Shown here piece after piece: positions 24,666-36,783 of a stretch of 64,000 bases of DNA (positions within the stretch are counted from its first letter, which is position 1; every line of letters starts with the position of its first letter). Where the stretch lies: NCBI GenBank assembly GCA_950097015.1, contig CATNEN010000024.1, forward strand, positions 6,510,001 to 6,574,000, given 5' to 3'. Made by a program: the position numbers and the translations under genes. The stretch comes from Macrostomum hystrix. Taxonomy: Eukaryota > Animalia > Platyhelminthes. The notes below the pieces were generated by a model. It was not told the origin of the DNA. It was given only the letters and a program-made list of their open reading frames with translations, and ran no database searches.

Positions 24666-25539
24666 AGTTAAGAATGGAGTGAACCAGATGGAATCCTAAT
24701 CGAAAATGAGATTTCGATGGAGATAAGATCTTCTAGGGAGATTAGACCCTTGCGAGATACTTGAAAGATCTTCAGTAAATGTAGACTTTGAGGGACAGAA
24801 AAGGAGAAGCAAAAAAGCGAGCGCATCCGCAAATTCCAATGAAATTGGTCTGGTGAAGAGGCGGGGATGACGGAAGATCTGTCAGTGGGACGCAGGAAGT
24901 GCAGGAAGCGGCAGGAAACAGAAGCCACTGAGCAGTTGAGTGATGAAGAACCGCGGCTTGGCGGAGGCTGAAGCGGAAGGCAATTTCTGGTCGGGGATTA
25001 TTCCCCAGTGCAGTGTGGGGCTCACCCTACGGCTGGCTCGGTTTAGGCGGCAATTCTCCTTCACATTCTCTTCCCAACTTTGCTGAGGAATGGGATGCTC
25101 CGTTGGGATTACTGCTCAATTAGGGTGGCTGATGATGCAGGAGCTCCGAGGGAGTTTGAGACGGGTAGGTTGGGGTCACGCAGCTGCCTTCTTGAATTAC
25201 TTGAATTTGGTTGCCTAGCAGCCGTGTGCTTCTCTGAAATCGGTGGCAAAGTTCAGGAATCAATGAAACAAACAGTCAACGATAAATTTGCGAAACTATA
25301 TTTCAAAACTGGGCGTGACCAGGAAAAAAGAGAGAACCAGATCTAATACATTGTCAGCTTATTAACTACTCAAACACAAATTGTTTCAGAAGTAATTATC
25401 GAGTTAAAGTACCATTCCACTCGAATTCATAATAACAAAGACAGTTTTCCTACCAAACAGCCATGCAGTTATAGGATCTTTTAATCAACAGGATCAGCAA
25501 GTTCTGAAAAAGCTTCACCAGGCACAGGTTTCAGAGCTG

Positions 25540-25750
25540 AATGCCAGGGACACGATAGGAGTGACTATCGTCATCCACTCTGACAGCCAAGCGGCCTTAC
25601 AAGCCCTTTGCCACACCACCACGTGCTCCCGGACAGTCGCTGACTGTGCCCGGCAACTCAACCTCCTGCAGGCTCGTAGCAATACGGTCAGGCTAAACTG
25701 GAGTCCCGGACATGCGGGCTTCCCAGGGAACGAGCTAGCGGACAACCCTA
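25540..25750 (+). mobile_element. Non-LTR retrotransposon RNase H domain fragment
   Basis: IVIHSDSQAALQAL..SRTVADC..L..L..TVRLNWSPGHAGFPGNELAD matches the RNase HI-like SDS/WVPGH.G..GNE.AD signature. No RT is attached. Confidence 0.8.
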
Positions 25751-26124
25751 GTTCCTCCGGGCGACAAGATGAGCCACGTTCTTCCCTACGGAAGACAACG
25801 CCGCAGGACGGACCGGCGGACCACCTGACCGGACCGTTAGCGGTATGGGCGACCCTCGCCTCCCCTCTGTGTCCATGGACCACCGCTATATTGATTCATG
25901 TTTTGGTTGAAACAAGTCATAGCTGCTACTGCAGCACAAGTAATAAGAAGTGTTTTTTTCTCAAATGATTGGATTTGCAGTGTCAGGTTTTCTTAATGAA
26001 AAGAAAATAAATCAAAATACTTGACTTGACGAACTGCGGTAAGAACAAAGCTTCGCCGTTTCTCTGCCGGTTAAAAAAAGTAAACTGTTTTTTTGAGCAG
26101 TCCTGAAGTCCTAAAAATCCCAGT

Positions 26125-29100
26125 TCAAGTAGACTCGTTGCCGCCACCTCCGCCAGCCTTCGGGCCGCCCATCTTGACCGACAGCTCGTCGGCGATCTCA
26201 TCAACGCTGCGACTCTTCGTCTCTGGCATGAAGAAGTACAGAAATATTGAGCCCGCTGTGACCGGCACGATGTAGATCAAATAGACAAAGTGGCCCAAGG
26301 ACTTCTCAATGGTGTAGTAGGTCAGCACAACCACGGCATTGCTGCTCTGCATCACGCCCATCGCCACTGAATTAGCAGCTCCGCGCGCCTTCTGCTGAAA
26401 GATCTCGCTGATGTACATGACCGTGATGCAGCCGAGACCGACAGCGAAGCCCACAACGTAGATGAAGACGAAAGCGCAGGCGATTCCAGACAGCGCCTTC
26501 TCGGCTGACGTGGCCGTCCCGAAAGACTTCGGAGTGAATTGACTGACAATCAGCAGGGCTACAAGGCTAAACAGAACAATCAGCAGCGACACCAGCAGCA
26601 GCAGCCGGCGACCAAACTTTTCTAGTATCGGCAGCGCCACGATGGTTGACACGACATTTAGGGCGTACAGGCCCAGTGTTACGATGGGAACAGCGGTTTT
26701 CTGCACACCCGTGTTCTCCAGCATGATGCTGGAGTATTGCATCACCTGCGAAGATGGAGGAGGAATTGAAGAGTACAACAGATCGATTATCAAGCGATTA
26801 TCAGTAGATAGACCACGGGGTATTTCAAATACCCAGATTTTTCTTTTTTCTGTATCTCCTAAAATACCCAACCAATCACCATTGAAATTCAGAACACGGG
26901 CTAAAATTCTCCGCTCTATCCGATGAAACAACGATGAAACAACGATTCTCGTCGGGGTGTCTGGTGGCAAAAACGACAAAAACTAGGCAAAGATTGGTCA
27001 TTCGGTTTGGGAGCTTTTGTGAAATAGGTAGTGGGTATTTGAAATATCCCCGGTGTTTCTACTGTTAAGAATGAAATGATTGGTGTCGTATAAAGGTCAT
27101 TAGTATCCTAAAAGGATTGATATCATAAGAGTTCATTGGTATCATAAAAGTTCATTGGTATCATAAAAGTTCATTGGTATCCTAAAAGTTCATTGGTATC
27201 ATAAAAGTTCATTGGTATCTTAAAAGTTCAATGGTATCTTAAAAGTTCACTGGGATATCATTAAAGTCTTTAGTATCGTATAAAGTAAATTGGTATCGTA
27301 TTAAGTAGATTGTTAATCGAACCAAGGTCCTATTCACCTACCACATTGATTCCGCTGAGCTGCTGTACCACCACCAGTACTAGGGCCAGCATCAGAGCGA
27401 GTCGGTATCTCTTGCTAGTAAATAAAGTCACCGTTGAGAATTTCTCAGCCGCCTCCTGCCGTTCCATGAGTTCCTTCTCGACCTTCAACGACGCCATAAC
27501 TTCATCGACTTCTTCTGGTTTGCAAAATTTTTCTACCGCCTGCTTGGCTCCAGCCTTGTCGTCCTTGTTCAGATAGAGAAAGCGGGGACTCTCTGGCAGG
27601 AATGTCAGCGCAATACTCGACACCAGCGACGGTACACCGCTGAGGGCGATGGCAACTACCCAGTAAGTCTCGCGATTCAGCACCTGTTCAAGGCCAACTA
27701 GGCCTCCGATGAAGATGCCGATGGTGATTGACAGCTGGCCGCTGGAGCCGATGGCGCCTCTCAGCCTGATGGGCACAATCTCCATCACGTACATTGACTG
27801 CATGGGGATTGTTAGGCCTTGAGTCGGGAAGAGTAAATAAAGTCTGTCAATTTTTTAAAGTATTTTTTCCTGTACTTTAAATATTTTTAGGAGGTTTTAC
27901 TTTGAAATGTCGTATTTTTATTATATTAGGAAACATTATTTTAAAACTAAATTGTTATAAAAAAGAATTTTCTTCGGAAAAATACTTTTTCAGAAATGCA
28001 CTTTATGGCAATGTACTTTTTTAATGTACTTTTTAGAAATGTACTTTTCGGAAATGTATCTTTTTTCGGTAATGTACTATCTCATTCTTTTTCGAAACAT
28101 ATCTGATAAAAGCGCGATATGCAGCAACAAAAAGTATTAAAGTTTAATATGCAGAAATCTAACTCACCATTGTGAAGGCCGGACAAGGCCCTTGTAATGT
28201 AGATGAAGATGGGCGATTTGGTGGCCAGGGTTGGTGCGATGAACAGAGCTGCCAGCACCGAAAATCCATTGGCCATGATCAAACCAGTGCGCCTGCGGGC
28301 GATTCATGGCGACACATGGACTGAGATTGATAGCTTGATATGGACTGAGATTGAAGGTGAGACTGGGTGAGATTCAAGGTGAGACTGGGTGAGATTCAAG
28401 GTGAGACTGGGTGAGATTCAAGGTGAGACTGGGTGAGATTCAAGGTGAGACTGGGTGAAATTGAAGATGAGACTGGGTGAGATTGAAGGTGAGACTGGGT
28501 GAGATTCAAGGTGAGACTGGGTGAGATTCAAGGTGAGACATGGACTGAGATTGAAGGTGAGACTGGGTGAGATTCAAGGTGAGACTGGCTGAAATTGAAG
28601 GTGAGACTGGGTGAGATTGAAGGTGAGACTAGGTGAGATTGAAGGTGAGACTGGGTGAGATTGAAGGTGAGACTAGGTGAGATTGAAGGTGAGACTGGGT
28701 GAGATTGAAGGTGAGACTGGGTGAGATTGTCAGCAAGACTCACCTGCCGAAGCGGTCACTAATGAGGCTGGTCATGAAGCCGCCGGCCGCGGCAAAGAGG
28801 ACCCACACCACCTGAGTCATAGTGTACATCCAGCGCAGCTTATTGTCGTCCGTGGCAGAGAGCATCGCTGAGAGGTTTTCAATCAGCGCGCAATTATCCA
28901 GGAAGGCGCTGCGATCGGCCGTGCTATTCTTCATCGTGAAGTTTTGCAGCCAGGTGCGCAGAAAGAAGCACTCGATTTTCTGAGACAGAAACAAAATAGG
29001 TCATATTTGTTTTAGTTTCTTTGCCGAAAATTTGACAAACCTTCTCTCGCTTGTCTCCTAATTTACTCTATCTGCCAGTCTCACCTGCCTTGGCGAGTTA

Positions 29101-31011
29101 AGTACAGAAATGCAATAGCCGAACACGAAGGTGGAGCCCAAGCATGAGATCAGTACGGCCAGAGTTATATAGGCCCCTGTTTGATTTGAACATTATTTAG
29201 TAGACAATTATAATGTATTATAATTTGGGACACTATCTAGGGAGAATAAAAATAGTCAGATTCAACTCATCGTATCTAACACTCTTTCATCATATCTAAC
29301 ACTCTTTCATAATATCTAACACTCCCTCATCATATCTAAAATACCCTCATGATATCTAACACTCCGTCATGATATCTAACACTCCCTCATGATATCTAAC
29401 ACTCCCTCATGATATCTAACACTCCCTCATGATATCTAACACTCCCTCATCATATCTAACACTCCCTCATGATATCTAACACTCCCTCATCATATCTAAC
29501 ACTCCCTCATCATATCTAACACTCCCTTATCATATCTAACACTCCCTCATCATATCTAACACACCCTCATCATATCTAACACTCCCTTATCATATCTAAC
29601 ACTCCCTCATCATATCTAACACACCCTCATGATATCTAACACACGCTCATCATATCTAATACACCCTCATCATATCTAACACACCCTCATCATATCTAAC
29701 ACACCCTCATCATATCTAACACACCCTCATCATATCTAACACACTGTCATCATATCTAACACACTCTCATCATATCTAACACACCCTCATCATATCTAAC
29801 ACACTGTCATCATATCTAACACACTCTCATCATATCTAACACACCCTCATCATATCTAACACACTGTCATCATATCTAACACTCCTTCATAATATCTAAC
29901 ACTCTCTCATCATATCTAACACACCCTCATAATATCTAACACTCCCTCATAATATCTAACACTCCCTCATCATATCTAACACACCCTCATCATATCTAAC
30001 ACTCCCTCATGATATCTAACACACTGTCATCATATCTAACACACTCTCATCATATCTAACACACCCTCATCATATCTAACACACTGTCATCATATCTAAC
30101 ACTCCTTCATAATATCTAACACTCTCTCATCATATCTAACACACCCTCATCATATCTAACACACCCTCATCATATCTAACACACCCTCATCATATCTAAC
30201 ACACCCTCATCATATCTAACACACTCTCATCATATCTAACACACCCTCATCATATCTAACACACTGTCATCATATCTAACACACTCTCATCATATCTAAC
30301 ACACCCTCATCATATCTAACACACTGTCATCATATCTAACACTCCTTCATAATATCTAACACTCTCTCATCATATCTAACACACCCTCATAATATCTAAC
30401 ACTCCCTCATCATATCTAACACACCCTCATCATATCTAACACACTGTCATCATATCTAACACACTCTCATCATATCTAACACACCCTCATCATATCTAAC
30501 ACACTGTCATCATATCTAACACTCCTTCATAATATCTAACACTCTCTCATCATATCTAACACTCCCTCATAATATCTAACACTCCCTCATCATATCTAGC
30601 ACACCCTCATGATATCTAAAACTCCCTCATCATATCTAACACTCCCTCATCATATCTAACACTCTCTCATCATATCTAACACTCCCTCATAATATCTAAC
30701 ACTCCCTCATCATATCTAACACACCCTCATCATATCTAACACTCTCTCTTCATATCTAACACTCCCTTATCATATCTCACATGATGAAACACACCTCGTC
30801 AAATGCTACAGGCAGTGAAATTGTTGACTGCCAACTCGTGACAGTGAAATGACAGTCTATATCTCAGAACTGTTATGTATTTTTTCGATTTCTCCATCAA
30901 TTAATGAGCCTTCGATTTTAAGCAAAGGCAAAAAGTATTGATTTGTTACTTACTTGGCGATATTGAGCTCTTTATTTCATCTCTTTTGTTCTTGTCCTCC
31001 TCATTTGCCAT
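26125..31011 (-). CDS. Facilitative sugar transporter (SLC2/GLUT family), 535 aa
   Basis: complement(join(26125..26745,27342..27817,28168..28292,28744..28979,29085..29176,30954..31011)) = 1608 nt, phase-consistent. Motifs FVFGY..VLNSP, DRFGRR, EIVPIRLRGA, PESPRFL, QQLSGIN, EKFGRR, PETK. Confidence 0.9.
26801..27065. mobile_element. Tc1/mariner-type MITE in GLUT intron 5
   Basis: Imperfect TIRs (T/A)CAGTAGA..ACC..GGGG.TATTTCAAATACCCA at both ends, flanked by TA at 26799-26800 and 27066-27067. The right end is shared with 32358-32427. Confidence 0.7.
27115..27300. repeat. 19-bp degenerate minisatellite AAGTTCATTGGTATCATAA
   Basis: About 9 copies in GLUT intron 5. Confidence 0.8.
28315..28728. 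repeat. 22-bp minisatellite GAGATTCAAGGTGAGACTGGGT in GLUT intron 3
   Basis: About 18 copies filling the intron. Confidence 0.95.
29268..30782. repeat. 20-bp minisatellite CATATCTAACAC(T/A)CCCTCAT in GLUT intron 1
   Basis: About 75 copies with recurring variant blocks. Confidence 0.97.
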
Positions 31012-31513
31012 GAATTAATTGTGTCAGTGTGACAAAGAAGGTTAATACAAACCGGTTCTATAAAACAAGATTTTAGTTAGTAAAACCAATTCTTTCTTAA
31101 TTAAACAAACAGCTCAACTTTTAGAAATGAATTAGATCGCTAGCTAACTAATTAGCCATCAGCATCAACCTGTCTGCCCGGTTTGGGACATAGACAATAA
31201 TACACATTTTTTCGTTCAATTTCAATCAAATTTTGCAATCAAATTCATCTATCTATTTTTAACCAGTCGCAGACCAGCATCCAAATTTGGCAACCTTGCA
31301 TTCGATTTCAACAAAAGATATTCATCTGCAGCCAAGTGCACTTGATTTCAATCCGTCACATTTTTTCTTGTATTGTCTATGGCAAAAATTTGTTGCAGCT
31401 TGTGAAAATATAGTCATTCGCTTTCAACAATTCGCACTATTAAAGCTAGGAAGAAATAGCGAATAAAAATAAATAAACAAATAAAGAAATAAATAAATAT
31501 ATCTTTTTGCAAT

Positions 31514-32427
31514 AGAATTCGCCGAAATTGCAAAACAATTCCCCATAGAAGCCAATGTGGTCTAAAAATAGTAAGCCCATAGAGATTAAGCCGTTATGAT
31601 TACGAGCGGACAACGAGGGAGAAACCTGACAATTTGTCTGGCAGTTTCACCCCATGCGCTGGTGGATGGCGGATTCACAAGCGACCATTTCGCAGCATTT
31701 TTGTCTGAGTTAAATGAGCTAGTGGACGAGCCATGGACTCTGGTGTATGATGGCGCTCGCGCTCACAACAATGTTCCTGGGCTTGATGCAGGTCATTCCA
31801 CCAAACAGCTGGCTCCATACTCGCCCTTTTTAAATGCGGCTGAGATTGCTGGCTCCTGCTTAAAGACTGCCGTCGGACGCTTGCTCTCACAGCCTGAAGT
31901 TCGTGCGGAACTGCTCAATACGGCTGCAGCAGCAAACCTTGGCATCACATTGCACACCTGGAGAATGGGAATTCTGAGACGTGAGGTGACGGTCGCCCTA
32001 CAGGAGATCACACAGCAGTAAGTGCTTGCAGTGGGCTAATCACACGGCAACCTACTTGAAATGCTGCCTGAATCATGAAGACATTTTGGCATAATTGATT
32101 GCTCTTTTCTTTGATCGTTCGGTTGACTTCATTCTACATCAGTTCGCAAACTTTGTTTCCTCTTTGATTGTTTCCCCTTCGAAGCTTTTTGTCCTGTCAA
32201 ATGAATACAAGCCATTGGCGCGTAACCCGAATTCAAATGAAATTTCGGCGAATTCAATCTCGACTTTTAGCTTAATTTCTATGGGCTTAGTATTTTTAGA
32301 CCACATTGGCTTCTATGGGGAATTGTTTTGCAGTTTCGGTGGACTTTCACGAAAATCGGTCATTCGGTTTGGGAGCTTTTGTGCAGTAGGCAGTGGGTAT
32401 TTGAAATACCCCCGGTCTTTCTACTGT
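31514..32427 (+). mobile_element. Deleted IS630-Tc1-mariner DNA transposon with DDE_3-type transposase C-terminus (ORF 31596..32021)
   Basis: GQRGRNLT..AVS, LVYDGARAH and LAPYSPFLNAAE motifs. A ~75-bp subterminal inverted repeat pairs 31514-31592 with 32268-32345. Right terminus CTACTGT|TA. The left terminus and transposase N-terminus are missing. Confidence 0.8.
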
Positions 32428-33096
32428 TAATCACGTGATGACAATGAAAGCGCGATTAATCGTGAAATTAGTCAGCAGTTTGTCAACGTCAGTGGTCTGG
32501 TTACCAGTCATCCGCCGTTATAACTAGTAGATCTCAATCGTTTGTTTGCTATCTACATTTTTGGCATTTATACATCATTTATTTAATTCAAAATGCCTCA
32601 CTTAACAATTCAAGACAATGTGAATCATAAGGCCAAAGCTTGCTAGATCTAGCTAAGATGAGTCAGACCTTTATGAAAAGGTATTCACCTGCTTGGCTAG
32701 AATCTGAACTTCATCTTACCAAGTGGGTACGCAGCTAGCAAGCTTATCTTTGTGCGGAAGCACATAATTTAGAGAACTTTCTTGGCTTCAGAATACAGTT
32801 TTACAGATATTTTAGCACAGATAAACAAGCATTTAATTTAAATGATCAACGCGGGTGTACAATCAGTTGCCGATGACGCCAAAATGACGCGTTTTTAAAC
32901 CCCACTGGCACATAAACATTTTCCCCAGTCAAACCTTTTACCAAAGAAAAGGCATTTCAGCCGGATTTCTTAAAATAGTAGTCTATTCATCATGACGCAT
33001 TTGACCCAAATACATGGACTTTGAAACTCACATGACCAGAAAGCATTTCATCTGTACCGAAATTCAGCTTGCATTGCAGGTGTGTGCATAGCTGGC

Positions 33097-33102
33097 TATA
33101 AA
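33097..33102 (+). promoter_or_regulatory. Candidate TATA box of cathepsin L
   Basis: TATAAA about 90 bp upstream of the ATG at 33191. TSS unknown. Confidence 0.4.
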
Positions 33103-33190
33103 TGTTTATAAGAAACTGCAGCAGAATGTTTGCCTTGCAGTCCCGCTCTACAGATAGCTAGTCAAGATTTGCTGCTAAAGTTGATCGATC

Positions 33191-35074
<1,884 letters not shown>

Positions 35075-35265
35075 TCAGCCTATGCCTGTTGATATCCAGC
35101 ATTGAATCAATTCAATACTGATCCGTGTGGCCAACTGTCTGCACTTTAACTGAAGCACTCTTACTCTTTGTTACTACATCGTTACTCTAGATGTAACGAT
35201 GATTCATCAATCCGAAATTTTACACACGATTTGGCCATTTAAAATCCTATAATCCCACCCTGAAT

Positions 35266-35400
35266 CAGGGGCGTAGCCTTGGGGGGGGCAAGGGGCCCCG
35301 CCCTTAATCCGCTGACGAAACTATGTGGCGCCCCCCCAGTAGTGGGGCGGTGCCCCCAAAAAACGTCGCACATCCCCAGCCCAAGACAAAATTCGTGATC
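35266..35400. mobile_element. Possible hAT-like terminal fragment (CAGGGGCGTAGCC...GGGGGG)
   Basis: GC-rich start typical of non-autonomous hAT ends. The partner TIR was not found. Confidence 0.3.
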
Positions 35401-35879
35401 CCGAATTCCATAAAAATATAACAAAATCCCCTACAAATAAACACCTAAAGTCACATACTTAAATCTGAAATGACAAGAATCGAAAGTCTTCATTTAAGAC
35501 TGTCCCTCATATTCGGTAAAGAAGGCCTAGGACAGGAAAGATGGTCGCCATATTGAAATCGAAACAGCTTAGTCACCCTGCAATACGAAAGCTGTACCAA
35601 AATTAATCTTAAGCCAAAACTCGTAATATAAACTTTGCTACACTGTAAATTCAATACCAGTTGATTACCTTTTATTGCTTGATACGAGTATACCTGATAC
35701 AAAGTTGTTTACTTTAAATCCAGACAGACGCAAGTCATGAAAATATATGCAGAATACAGTTTGGCTTTCAACACCAAGCCACTTAGTTTAGCTTTAAACA
35801 CATCAGCTGGTATCTGCCCAGGAGAACATTGGGCAAAATCATTAATCGTATAATTCTCAACTGGACTGCGCCAAAAACA

Positions 35880-36568
35880 CAGCAGGACTCCGCCCAGATT
35901 CTCAGCAGCAAGAATCCGCCCAGTTCCCAGCAGCAGGAATCCGCCCAGTTCCCAGCAGCAAGAACCCGCCCAGTTCCCAGCAGCAGGAATCCGCCCAGTT
36001 CCTAGCAGCAAGAACCCGCCCAGTTCCCAGCAGCAGGAATCCGCCCAGTTCCTAGCAGCAGGAATCCGCCCAGTTCCTAGCAGCTAGAACCCGCCCAGTT
36101 CCCAGCAGAAGGAATCCGCCCAGTTCCTAGCAGCAAGAACCCGCCCAGTTCCCAGCAGCAGGAATCCACCCAGTTCCTAGCAGCAGGAATCCGCCCAGTT
36201 CCTAGCAGCTAGAACCCGCCCAGTTCCCAGCAGAAGGAATCCGCCCAGATTCCTAGAAGCAGGAATCCGCCCAGTTCCTAGCAGCAAGAACCCGCCCAGT
36301 TCCCAGCAGCAGGAATCCGCCCAGTTCCTAGCAGCAAGAACCCGCCTAGTTCCCAGCAGCAGGAATCCGCCCAGTTCCTAGCAGCAGGAATCCGCCCAGT
36401 TCCTAGCAGCTAGAACCCGCCCAGTTCCCAGCAGCAGGAATCCGCCCAGTTCCCAGCAGAAGGAATCCGCCCAGTTCCTAGCAGCAGGAATCCGCCCAGA
36501 TTCCTTGAAGCAGGAATCCGCCCAGTTCCCAGCAGAAGGAATCCGCCCAGTTCCTAGCAGCAGGAATC
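35880..36568. repeat. 25-bp minisatellite CAGCAGGAATCCGCCCAGTTCCTAG
   Basis: About 27 copies between the convergent CTSL and eIF2D 3' ends. Confidence 0.95.
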
Positions 36569-36783
36569 CATGTTGCATATGGTCGTTGTTGGTTTTTATC
36601 TTTGAACAAAAAAGTTTTTTATATGAATGCAAGTCAAATTTAACACATAAATACATATAGATTAACTTTATCATGTAAATGCCAATTACATATATTTGTC
36701 AGCGCTGTCACAATATTATTTTCAAAAGAAACCAAAAATATCTTTAGAGTGGGATATTGACAAATCAAACGCTAAAAAATCTG

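Noticed and set aside
26746-26979. N-terminal extension of the 284-aa GLUT ORF
   Set aside because: It lies in intron 5 and mostly in the MITE. The real acceptor is at 26746.
28315-29085. GLUT intron 3 repeat core AGGTGAGACTGG matching the intron 2 donor sequence
   Set aside because: The match is on the opposite strand and is largely the generic donor consensus, so it is probably coincidental.
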